Shown one piece after another: positions 11,897 to 23,391 of a stretch of 64,000 bases of DNA. Within the stretch, counting starts at the first letter, position 1. The number at the start of each line of letters is the position of its first letter. The stretch lies in NCBI GenBank assembly GCA_964270895.1, contig OZ185440.1. The stretch is one strand, 5' to 3'. The notes beneath the pieces were generated by a model, which worked only from the letters and a program-made list of their open reading frames with translations, ran no database searches and was not told the origin of the DNA. The translations under genes were made by a program, and so were the position numbers. The DNA comes from Podarcis filfolensis. Lineage: Eukaryota.

Positions 11897-13681
11897 TTAT
11901 ACCAAGATCACAATTACGGCTTCTTCCTTCATTCACCTGGGGCATGGGTGAGGAGGAAAGGCATGGATAACCAAATCAAGGGGAAGTTTTCCAGATCAGG
12001 TAACCACACCCAACCTTGTGCATGGCAAAATGAATCTCGTATCAATTTCTAGAATGAAGGCAACACGCTGAGGTTGATCGGGCATGATTCCTTATTGAGA
12101 AACATGACTTCTTCGCACTACAAATGGTTAAGTGTGTTTACACAGCCACAAGCACTCTTCAGGTGTTACTAAACCACAAGCATGCTGGAGTCCCGGGGCC
12201 CTGTTTGCCATCCCTGCCCCCTTTAGCCCCAGTCCTGCCACAGTGAGAGGCAAGCTCTGAAGGAGGCTTGTAAATGTATTCATCTGCATGTGCTCGCAAT
12301 CTCCCTCCCCCTGGGATGTGCAGTCGTGGGGTGGCTTGTAAAAGCTTACAAGTCTCCATATCTTGCCACTCAATGCAGCGGTCTCCATTGGTTCTAGAAT
12401 AAAATGCTGTGTGTACGTAGCCCTAGATTCAACAGAGGAAGTGTAGGGCGGGTGGGGGGGACACAGTGAAGAAGGCCCAATCCTCAAAGAACACATCTGG
12501 AACAAATTGCTTAAAGCTGCAGTCCAGGATTGGTGCCTATCTGAGCACTGGTTATTTCTGGATTGCAACCTAAGATCCAGGACATACTCAGTTTTATGTT
12601 GAAATATCAGGAGCATCACTCCAAAGGAATGAAGAACATTCAAATGGTTATGCGGGAGACTACATTTTTCACATTTATGAATGTCTTAAATAATCTTATC
12701 TGTCTCATCTCTGAGAACAAGTGATTCATAGGAGGTTCCTAAACATCTGTAATTAGTTAAAGTTTTGATTGCCAGTTTGTTCTGCCCTTTAAGAGCAGTG
12801 CATAATTTAACTTACAATATAATTTAACTTATAACTTCCTAATAGTGGAAAAGATCTATACATTAAAGACATAAATGGGTGTTATATATGTTGTAAAGAA
12901 ATGTGCAAATGTCATAACTTTTTATTGTTTCTATGATTCTATGTCGTTCTCTCTCCCTGTGCGTGTATATGTGAACTATATCCAATAATAGTCAGAGCAG
13001 ACCCACTGAAATTAATGGACTGGACTTAGTTATGTTCATGGATTTTAGTAGGTATACACAACAACAACAACAACAACAACACAGTATCTTTATTGTCAAT
13101 GTACAACCTGTGTACAATGAAATTAACCGAGCCTCCCCCCACCCCCAAACACTCAATCTCATTGCACTCTGTGTACTTGTCACAAAACCAGTGACAATAC
13201 CAGCTTTATTAATCTTTTTAAGGGTTGCTTCACATGACCACTGGGCATGTTGTAGCATCTTGACATCTTGGCACGTGCAGAATCAGCATCACGAGTGAGG
13301 AGGTGGTGCTGGTTGTGCAAAGTGAGTGATCCATGGGTGGGATTAAGTTGTTTGCATGCCACTGCAGCAAATGTCATTTCTGCGTGTTTGCAACCGTGAA
13401 CAATCTGCTTCCAGAGGGATAGCTGTGTTGTCCTGTTGCAGCAAAAAAAACGAACAAGAGCCTTGTAGACTCACCTTAAAAACATTTATTGTGACATAAG
13501 AGCTCATAATTTCGAAGTGACACACCACCCCAAAATAGCTGAATTGGAATGAATAACAAAGTTTGATTCTCTTTGTTTGAGCCTGAACAGGAAGTTTGGT
13601 AACAAACCACTGGTCCCTCCAGCTCAGTATTGTTTATGATTGACAGCAACTCTCCAGGGATTCAGACAGAGGGTCTTTCCT

Positions 13682-13931
13682 GCTAGTGTGGTGTAGTGGT
13701 TAAGAGCGGTAGTCTTGTAATCTGGGGAACTGGGTTCGCGTCTCCGCTCCTCCACATGCAGCTGCTGGGTGACCTTGGGCCAGTCACACTTCTTTGAAGT
13801 CTCTCAGCCCCACTCACCTCACAGAGTGTTTGTTGTGGGGGAGGAAGGGAAAGGATAATGTTAGCCACTTTGAGACTCCTTAAAGGGAGTGAAAGGCGGG
13901 ATATCAAATCCAAACTCTTCTTCTTCTTCTT
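13682..13931 (+). mobile_element. Squam3-like (MIR/Ther1-derived) SINE nested in an older Squam2-like SINE
   Basis: tRNA-like head GTGTGGTGTAGTGGTTAAGAG, CORE-like GTGACCTTGGGCCAGTCAC, (CTT)n tail; host SINE pieces at about 13610-13681 and 13932-13985. Confidence 0.7.
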
Positions 13932-15013
13932 CCCACCTAGCAGTACTGGCATTGAATTTAGCATCCTTTTCATGTGCTTTGCTACTCCATGAAATCCTTT
14001 CCCGAAAGAAGCAGTGGTCTCCTGCCCAACTACAAGTGTTATTTTATTCAGCCAAAATATATCTATAGCTATTTTGTATATATCAATGCTGCCATCCTAT
14101 ACACACGTACCTAGGAGTAAGTCCCATTCAATCCAGTAGGGCTTGTTTATGAGTACACACCCACAGGACTACACCGTTAACCTCAAACTGCATTGTCACA
14201 GACTGTGCTTTTTTTATTTTATTACTGTATAGACCCAACTTTTTGCCCTTCCTGCAACTGACGCAAGTGGACTTTAGACCACAAAAGCATAGCCCATAAT
14301 AAATATGTTAACTCCTCCAAGTGCCATAAGACTCTCTGGGTGATATTCAAATCAATGGGTGTGACTTAGTCAGCTACCATCCTTAGTTGTTACCAGCAAC
14401 AACAGAATTATTTTAGCATTACTGAGGAAATTACCACCTGTGTTGCTAAAGAAACAGTTGTCCCTATTCAGGCCAAATGAATAAAAAAGAAACTCAGCAA
14501 CTCAATGGCAAGATGATTGTGTTATCAGTATCGCCGATTGTTGCTTTTGTGAGCAGTCATTTTGCATACATTTAAGCTCCAATTTAATTGTTAAAAAAAC
14601 CACCACCCTGTACTTTTTCTTTCTGTTGCCATTTAATTGTAGCCTTTACATTCCTTCCACCCATTATGCCCATGTGTATAGAAATCTGACAAGTGAGGAT
14701 CACACTTCATGAATCTGAGGAATTTAAATAAATTTAATAAACGTGCTAGTCTTTAAGATGCTACAAGTGATCTTAATCTGGCAGGTGGAAAAGTCTGGTC
14801 ATGTGTAGGATTTTCTCAGTGCCCAAAATTTCTAGTTCTGAAAATTGAGGGGGCAAGCCTAAACTCTCTAACATGGGATTGAGAACTATTTAATCTAATT
14901 GCAATTACTTCTTACTTGACCTGCATTGTAAACCACCCTCACCCCCCAATGTACTTGATGCTTACAGCACAATCCTATACAGAAGTAAGTCACACTGAGT
15001 TAAATGTAACTTG

Positions 15014-15173
15014 GGCTGTGTACACATAATACATTTAAAGTGCACCCCCCACTAGAATCCAGGAAACTAGTTTGCCCTTCAATGAACTATAATTTCCAGC
15101 ACATTTAACATATTACAGTTCCCATTATTTTTTTGGAGGGATGCCTTAAATGTATCTGCTTGTGTATGCAGCC
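15014..15173. mobile_element. MITE with GGCTG(T/C)(G/A)TACAC TIRs
   Basis: GGCTGTGTACAC...GTGTATGCAGCC; interrupts a palindromic family-A copy. Confidence 0.6.
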
Positions 15174-16137
15174 ATAGTCCCAGTTAAGTGGGTATAGGAT
15201 TTCATGCTTGTTGAGTAAATGTTAATATTAATATGCAGTCAGTACAACATCTCTCCAATAAATTCTTATCAACTTTGGTAGTCACAAATTGGATTTTAAG
15301 GTTGACCATGATAAATGTTAGCATTAGGGGAAGAAATCAAACCTCTCCATCTTGTTCTGAACTGATTGGTAGAAATAGAACATTCCTTTCTTTTGGGGAA
15401 GTAAAAAAATAAATAAATCACCACCTTCTAGTAAGTCTGACTCACAGGTTCTGCAGAGGGGTGACTAAAATAGCTCTCTAATCTTGTACTTTCTCTCCAG
15501 GAGCAGAAGACTTGCCCATTTCTTTACTAAGATCAGAAACTGAACTGTTCCTTGGTTGCTTCCTTGATTGGCTACCAAGTCATTCATGTGACGTAAGCAG
15601 TGATTAATATTATGTGACTGGCTCCAAAGGTTTCATATGACTGTACCTTGCTGACTTCAAGAAACCTTTTGCCACACCCTCCTTCTATAGCACTCCAACA
15701 ATTCCAGGAATGCAGGGGGAGAAATAAACTTCCTTCATAGAAACCTAATAAATCTTTAGCGATAAAACCAGCCACATGATGGGTTTAAGCACCCAGAGCT
15801 CAGCTTTTGCATCTCAGAAGCAGGCCGGTTCAACTGACACGCAAATCCTCAGTGTGGCCTGTGATCTCCTCCATTTTCCATTGCACTACCCAGCAGAAAG
15901 TTAGAAAGGAAAATGGAAGAAGAAAAGCAGAATCGGCTTTTTTCTAATAGATTCTGGTAATCTAAAAATGAATGGAAACCGAACTCCGATTCCCTGCTTT
16001 CTGTACTCTCTAACATTTGATCATTTAAATAGCAACATGTGATATACTTCAAATGCATGCCCAGAATGGCCAACCCACAAGCCAGTTAAGCCAAAAAATA
16101 TTTGGATTTTAAATACATTTGCAACAAAATCGTATGG

Positions 16138-16305
16138 GAAAGAGAAGGGGACAACAGAGGACGAGATGGTTAGACAGTGTTCTCGAAGCTACCAGCATGA
16201 GTTTGACCAGACTGCAGGAGGCAGTGGAAGACAGGAGTACCTGGTGTGCTCTGGTCCATGGGGTCACGAAGAGTCGGACATGACTAAACAACTAAACAAC
16301 AACAA
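16138..16305 (+). mobile_element. Bov-B 3' terminal fragment
   Basis: GAGGACGAGATGGTTAGACAG...GGGGTCACGAAGAGTCGGACATGACT plus (CAA)n tail. Confidence 0.88.
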
Positions 16306-16374
16306 ATTCCACTGAGTTCCTCAGGGCTTACTCCTAAGTATGTGAGTGTGACTAGGACTGTAGCCCTATGGAGT

Positions 16375-16560
16375 TGGGGGAAGTGATCCAGCTCTGTAGC
16401 TGAGCATCTGCTCTGCATGCAAAAAGTCCCCATCATCTCCACGTAGGGCTCAGGGAGTGTCCCCCCCCCCCCGGAACCATGGAGAGTCGATGACAGTCAG
16501 TGCCGACTGTTAGATGGACCAATAGTCTGATTCAGTTTAAGGCAGTTTCCAATGTTCCTT
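16375..16560 (+). mobile_element. Squam2-like tRNA SINE
   Basis: TGTAGCTGAGCATCTGCTCTGCATGC head; GATGGACCAATAGTCTGATTCAG...GGCAGTTTCCAATGTTCC tail. Confidence 0.6.
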
Positions 16561-18174
16561 TTGAACTGCATCCCAGTTAAAATGTTTTCTCTCTTCCCAT
16601 TGTATGGATTTTTACCCCACTGTTCAAGTTAGTTCCCAGTAATTTCACTTGTTTTACTTCACATAACACAAAATTTAAAAGTCCTTGAAAAAGCAAGATG
16701 GAAAAGCTGCTCTGTATGGAAATGGAAGATGGAAAAGATGGAAAAGCAGGCATGTTTGCATATATTACTGTTATTTCAAATCTTCTTCAGGTATGTGATG
16801 AAATGTGCTCTGGTCTATAATGCCTGCCACAAGACATATTTTAGTTAAGGGGCCACAATGCCACAAGAGGGGTAGCTACAAATTAGTCTGTTGCAGCAAA
16901 AAGAACAAGAAGTCTTACAACCTCTTAAAGGCTAAGAACTAGAGTGCTGAATTTCAACTGTATGGAAGATAAGCACACTGACCATTCACTGCAGTAATCA
17001 ATTCCTTCTATAAAGGAAGTTTAGAACTTATTCAGAAGTTTGATTCTATCAGTTGGACTCCAAAAAGAGACAATGGTTGCCTGACCCACTACAAGTGTTA
17101 ATTAACATAGAAAATCTAGGATGGTTGTGTTATCACGAATTACTAAAAACACTATCATCCTAGATTTGTTATGTTAATTGACATCTGTAGTGTGAAGGGA
17201 AACAAAAGTCTCTGTTAAAGTTTAACTGAATCAAACTTTTGATTCAACTATTGTACCCTGAAGTCTTCCTTTATTTTATTTTTTTACTGAAGAACAGCAG
17301 TTTTAAGGTCACTTGTAGAATGCTCCAAGAGACTGTCATGTTCTCCTACTGGTTTCTGAATGTTTCAAAATAATTTATTTTGTCAGATTTGTGTCCCTTT
17401 ATTATTATTTTTGTAGGAATTGTTATTTTTATCCTATGAAAAAAGCAGATGAGCTTTGCTGGGTTGGCAATGGCATAGATCAGGTCAGTGAATGAGTTGC
17501 TGATGTTGCAGCTTATGTTATCAGATCCTATAATGTGCCACCTGAGTGAAATGAGAAGACTTGTAATTGTTTTAACAACACTTAAATTTGATCTATGTAC
17601 ATTACTTTAGAACACACTTCATTACTATTTTTCCAGAAGACTTATTATAACAGACTTTTATCTTACATTCTAAGCAGCAGCAAGAGCAATAATTACAGCC
17701 CACTGTGAAAGTTCAGTGGACTGGGAGGGCACAATTTGCTAATGGAAATGTTTCCCCACTCCATGGTGGTTGTTAGAAGTCATGAAAAACCTGAAACATT
17801 TTATGCAACAAGATGCCTGTTTTTATGGTGCATCAGCCAACATCACAAACCCAGCCTCCCTCCCAGTTGACCATTGCAAGTTTTTGCAGAAAATAGTTCC
17901 CAGAGACACTTTGCCTATACATACAGATGCTACTTAAAATACAATCTCATTCTTCCAGTCTCCACCCACACAATGACACGTCGGTTTTACTAACAATGAG
18001 TAAATGCCAAATGGTTTCTATTTTTATCACAACACTATACAGTTGATCTTAATTAATCCCAATCCCGGACAGTTTCCTGTGTCCCTCTTGATCTTACTGC
18101 ACCTTCCTCTCTCTGTAGATTTCCAGACATTTCCATTCCCCTTTAAAAGCAATATTTCATTTCACAGAGTCTTA

Positions 18175-18340
18175 GGGTAGGCTCAGAGTTGTTGGTGCAA
18201 ATCCCAGCTCACTGGGTGACCTTAGGGCAAATTAATTACTATCTCTCAGACTAGCCCTACTTTGCAGGGCTGTTGTGAGGATGAAAACATGCTCCTTTCC
18301 TTGGTCAAAAGAGGGGCTATAAATGGAGTAAATAAATACA
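18175..18340 (+). mobile_element. Old MIR/CORE-type SINE
   Basis: CAAATCCCAGCTCACTGGGTGACCTTAGGGCAA...GGGCTGTTGTGAGGAT. Confidence 0.5.
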
Positions 18341-18573
18341 GCAGGTTCCATATTATCAACCTCTCCTGTTTCTCTGTCCCACACTCACAGGCTATATACT
18401 TGATGGCTCTCCCCCCCCATATTACCCCATCCCTCCTCCCTTCTCCAGGAGTTTCACATTACACAAAAAATACTGAATTATTATTTGGGGTGGGAGGGCT
18501 GTGTTGTATTATTTGGTTGCAATTATTATTATTGGGTGGTGCAGAAGTAGGATAAACATGTATATATATTATT

Positions 18574-18710
18574 CAGTGTTTTTTTCTGGGGGTACGCATA
18601 CCCCTAATCATTTTGTGAATGTAAGTTTGGCCTCGCTGAGGGGCAGTATTTCAATATGAGTAGGAAAATGAGAGTACCCCTAAACGTTTTTTAAGGGGGG
18701 AAAAGCACTG
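18574..18710. mobile_element. hAT-like MITE abutting the PARD6B promoter
   Basis: CAGTGTTTTTT...AAAAGCACTG inverted termini; 8-bp flanks match only partly. Confidence 0.55.
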
Positions 18711-18779
18711 TAAATATTTATCCCTCAGAGGGTGGCTAGGTGTCCTTCCACCCTGAGGCGAAAAAAAAAAACACCCAAG

Positions 18780-19770
18780 GAAAGAGACGGCCGCTAAACG
18801 CGCATGCGCCGCCGCCCCCCCATCTCTCTCTGGAATCCAGCCCGGCAGGTATTCTCCTCCCGCGCGCGAACTGTGCGCACGCGCGTTCACGGGCCACGGC
18901 CGCTCCTGCCACGAGCAGGTGCTTTTCCTCTTCCTCTTCCTCTTCCTCCTCCTCCTGCCGAAGCGGCAGGTTGCGCACGCGCGCTGGAGGTGCAGGTGCG
19001 CCGGGGCTTTCCCTCCTCCTGGCTCCCCCCCTCCTTCCCACGCGCGCGCATGCGCCGTCTTTCGTGCCTCGCTCTTTCTCTCTCGCTCCGCTCGCCGCCT
19101 CCTCCTCCTCCTCCCTTCCGCGGAGCTGCAGGTGCCAGGAGGAGGCTGCTGGGCGGCGGCCCCTCCCCCTCTCCCTCCTCCTCCTCCTCCTCCTCCCCCT
19201 CCCTTCCCCTCCCCTCGGCTTCGCGAGGTCGGTCTGGCGGCGGCCGCTCCTCCTCAGACGGGAGGCGGCAGGTTAAGGCTGAGAGGGGCGGCGGCGGTCG
19301 TGGTCGTGGTGGTGCTGCGGGCTTCCCTCAGACCCGCTCCCTTCGCGCCGCCGAGCGGACCAGCGTCTGGCTGACGGGCTGGCTGACAGACTCGCCCGCG
19401 GCATGAACCGGGGCCAACGCGGAGGCGGCGGAGCGGGGAGCCGCGGCGGCCTCGGCACCATGGAAGTGAAGAGCAAGGTGGGTGGCGCCCCCACGCCGGC
19501 CCTCGCCTCGGCTTTGGGGAGGGGTACTCGGGTTTGTTACGTCTCGCTGAGGTGGGTGGGGGTGCTCTTTCGGGGTCTCTGGGGGGGTTTTTTTCTGGGG
19601 GGGGTGGTTACCAAGGAAGCGGGTGGCCGCGTTTAATCCCGTAGCCCAGAACCTCCGCGCGCAGCAGTGTTTCTGAGCACGTACAAAGGGCATTCTCTTC
19701 AGGGCTGACCAATCCCCGGCCCCCCAGTCCGTACCAGGCACCTGAAACCGGGTGTGGGAAGGTGCTCTCG
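18780..19770 (+). promoter_or_regulatory. PARD6B: CpG-island promoter and 5' UTR of PARD6B
   Basis: Very GC/CpG-rich; four NRF1-like (T/G)GCGCA(T/C)GCGC motifs at about 18800, 18874, 18972 and 19046; spans exon 1. Confidence 0.85.
19403..19477 (+). CDS. PARD6B: Par-6 family cell polarity regulator beta, coding exon 1
   Basis: MNRGQRGGGGAGSRGGLGTMEVKSK then GT donor (AAG|GTGGGT); corresponds to PARD6B N-terminus MNR...LGTMEVKSK. Confidence 0.95.
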
Positions 19771-20222
19771 TCCTGGGTAGTGGCCGCAGCTAGCAGGCAG
19801 TCTTAAGCCCCAGCAGTTTCTTTTTTTCTTTTAAGATTGTATGTGGGGAAAAGGCACGGTGGTCATGCTGAGAAAGAAACGATGTACTGTACATATTCTG
19901 CTGCCTCGCTTGCAGTGATGGCGGGAGAGAGCGTCAGCACGATTTATTATTATTATTTTGGCGGGGGAACAGCTAAGTGCTTCATCTTTCATCTCTGGCC
20001 CCAATAGTGTGCCAGGTGACATTTATTTGGGGTGACTAAAGTCAAGGTAGTAATTTCGCTCATGGAATAATGTGTAATTAGGGCGAGTTGTTACCAAAAA
20101 TGCGCTTGAGGAGCCACTTGCAGATGACTTATTTTCCAAGAGTAACCTATTAAGAATGCGGCTGTGCTTACCTTTGAAGAGCCCTTTCAAAACACTAGCT
20201 TTTCCCCCCTTCCCCCACCCCA

Positions 20223-20355
20223 TCTGGGATAGCTCAGTGTGAGACTTAATCTTAGGGTCGTGGGATTGAGCCCCAGGTTGGGCAAAAGGCTCCTGCATGG
20301 CAGGGGGTTGGACTAGATGACCCTTGGGATTCCTTCCAACTCTACAATTCATTGA
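20223..20355 (+). mobile_element. tRNA-Lys-derived SINE with CR1 3' tail (copy 1, partly deleted head)
   Basis: TAGCTCAG..GAGACTTAATCTTAGGGTCGTGGG..GAGCCCCAGGTTGGGC + AAAAG + TCCTGCATGGCAGGGGGTTGGACTAGATGACCC. Confidence 0.7.
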
Positions 20356-23089
20356 TATTTTCAAGGTGTGAGCATGTGTATAGTGGTAGGTAGTTCTAAT
20401 CTGAGAGTGATTACAGAATCAGGGGGTGAAGGTTATCCATGATTAGCATGAATGAATAATAGGGTGTGATTTTGTGTAGGCATTACTGGTTTGTCTTGGC
20501 TTTGCCAGTCACTACCACCCCTCAAGTCTCAGCACTTTTATTCCTTTTTCTCCTTGTGTTGATGACACTTCCTTTTACCCAAACACAAGGATCCCATATG
20601 GCCTGGGCATTTGTGCTTCTGCCAGTGCTTGATGAATGAGCTTGTTAAACCATTGAGAGAGTATTGCTCTGTGTTTTAATGTGGTCTGAAAAAGTGGTCT
20701 TGGGATTGGTTTCTATGAAGTATTATGGGGACTGCTAAGTATCCATTCTCGGACATAGTTTGAGTGTCATGACCATAAAAGTTCTACAATGTGCAACACA
20801 ATTGTTAGTTATACACTATTCTGTTTGCATAGAAAAAAATGTTTTTCTCCAATATCTAGAATCTCTTAATGACTGTGTAAACAGTTGTTTTTTTGTGTTG
20901 TGCGTTTCTAACCTGATTGCAAGTCAGAATGGCATTTTTAAAGCACTTGCTGCCAATCTCTTCTGGAGAAGGGGGTACAGAGAATGCCATTTTGAGCAAA
21001 TGAAACAGCCTTTTGTTTCCTGCAGCCCCTGAATTGTTCAGCCATGTTAGTTCAGCTGTAACTTTGGCACTGATCACCAGGGTAGCATGAGGACTTCACA
21101 AATTGTGCACACCTTCCTGGTACAAACAGAGTAGCTATTTGGATTTAAAAGGAAGCTAGAGAGACCCGAATTTTACTGGGGATAGTTTTGGGGCATCATA
21201 GGCTGTTTTAGGCCTTTGGAATGTTCAGAGTGCCTGCAATTTAGCTGGTTGTGTTCATACAAAATACTTACCCTGGAGTGTTTTCAGAACCTCCTTATGT
21301 TAGGGAACACACCCTGGTATACTTTGTTGAAGATTAAAGTGTTCTTTCATTATTTGTATGGTCATGCCGCAAATTAAACTGGTGAGCCATCCCAACACCA
21401 CAGCCTCTGAGTAACAGGATATGTCTTACTATAGACTGTGGCTGTAATGAAGCGTTTTATCACTCATTTCGTGTTTATTCCTAATTACAAATGAACATCC
21501 ATGTACCACTTTGCTCTTGTGGCTATTTCCACATATACTTATGTGGAAAACAGTACTTCTGATGGCTAGTTTGCTCCTGGTGGCATCCATCTGTCTCGGG
21601 AGACAATGAAGGAGTATTTCTTTGGGGGTGCAAATTGCTATGCTTTATATTTAAAATTCCATTTTAATGAGGGGAAAAATTATATGTTTGAAGAGGAGAG
21701 CTTCTTTCTTTCTTAGGCAAAGTGAGACTTAAAAACATATTACTCATAATGGAGTTTTTTTTAGATTTAATGTGAAGTAAACACTGTATTATTCTTGCTC
21801 TTTCCTTTTGTTTGTTTGTTTGTTTGTTTGTTTGTTTAACAAGATCTCTACTTGGCATTCCTGTCTATTTACTAAAGCACTAAGTCCATCCCCACCCCAG
21901 CTTGTTCCTAAGTTGACCCATGGGGTAATTTAGTATTCATCATCACAAGCCACCTAGAAAAATTCTATACCAGGTAGCTAAGATCACACCCTTGAATTCC
22001 ACGTGGACCTAAAATACCTACCATTCCACATTCTGTACTCAGTCACTTGTGTAAATGAGAGCTGTCTTTCACCTATATATAATGGGAAGCCCCACTCTCT
22101 TCAGTCACTTTGATTGTGAACACAAGTGGGTAATTAAGCAGTGTTAAGGGGTAACTAATCTGTTGAGGGCCCTAAAATCTATATCCTCATACAATCTGTA
22201 GTGAAGCATGGTGCAATTAGACAGGGAAAATTCCTTACCAAAATAGAGAGTACAATTTTGGGAAGTGTAATCCTACAGTTCACTGGCAGCATATGATGGT
22301 GGTTTGGGGAAATCCACTGGCAGAGCAGCTGCCACATCTCTTTATCATCGTTACTCCCCTTTTAGTCAGTGGAGGGAATTAGCTATGTGTAAGGACCCAC
22401 CTTTGTAAGAGAAATGAAGGGCCTTTGGACTTTGCATCTCACTGCCTTCCTCCAACATGCCCCAGTTCCCCTCACTCCACCAGCAGAAGATCTGTTGGGG
22501 AGGATGTAGTCGGCTAGTGTGCTATGGGACTTCCAGAGGCATAATTATCCTTACAGACACTCCTCAGCTGGTTTCTGGCTGGATTGTAAGGCTTGTTCCC
22601 TTAAATAACTTTGAATATTTAAAATGATTTTAAAAATAGCCTTTTAAAATCACTTAAGCACCATTGGATTAATCCCTCACATCTGCTGTACATGCACCTA
22701 CACATTACATACATACACACACTTAACAATTACATAGGTCAGGATCTTGAATTGCCTTTGGCAAGTTTAAGCATAGTGCTGAAGGTAAAACTAGTTTTAC
22801 AGTATCTGGAAAGGCCCTATCTTCTCAAGTTGTTCCATTCTAACCCATCTTCTCAAGTTGTTCCATTTCTCATGTTAAAGTAAAAATGTTATTTCCTTCT
22901 CTGGGCAATTAGAATTGTACTTTCTCCCTCAATATTTTACTGGCTTCAGTTAGTTCTTTTGTTGGATCTGGGTTGTGTGTAGTTAATTTTTTGGTACTAC
23001 ATGTCAATCTTCTGGAGAATTACAGTAATATTGTATTGTAACAGAGTGTAGGTTTCCTTAAATTTTAAAATTGCAAGGAAGTAGAATGC

Positions 23090-23391
23090 AAATAGAGGAG
23101 GGAGAAAGGTTGTTTTCTGCTGCTCCAGAGAAGCGGACATGGAGCAATGGTTCCAAACTACAAGAAAGAAGATTCCACCTAAACATTAGGAAGAACTTCC
23201 TGACAGTAAGAGCTGTTCGACAGTGGAATTTGCTGTCAAGGAGTGTGGTGGAGTCTCCTTCTTTGGAGGTCTTTAAGCAGAGGCTTGACAACCATATGTC
23301 AGGAATGCTCTGATGGTGTTTCCTGCTTGGCAGGGGGTTGGACTCGATGGCCCTTGTGGTCTCTTCCAACTCTATGATTCTATGATTCTAT
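23090..23391 (+). mobile_element. CR1 LINE 3' fragment
   Basis: LFSAAPEKRTWSNGSKLQERRFHLNIRKNFLTVRAVRQWN...SPSLEVFKQRLD; (GATTCTAT)n tail. Confidence 0.92.

Noticed and set aside
11571-11945. Recurrent ORFs such as 'GPLTIRSSRDRLWGCGAHL...' in several places
   Set aside because: Antisense translations of Sauria SINE copies, not a gene family
12128-12643. 171-aa minus-strand ORF
   Set aside because: No recognisable homology or coding bias by eye
1-18500. Exons of RIPOR3/FAM65C, expected upstream on the minus strand from human synteny
   Set aside because: No RIPOR3-like peptide seen; a non-coding first exon cannot be identified from sequence alone
18651-19741. Many overlapping 100-200 aa ORFs on both strands at the PARD6B 5' end
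   Set aside because: Low-complexity products of a stop-poor CpG island; only the 25-codon exon splices in phase and matches Par6
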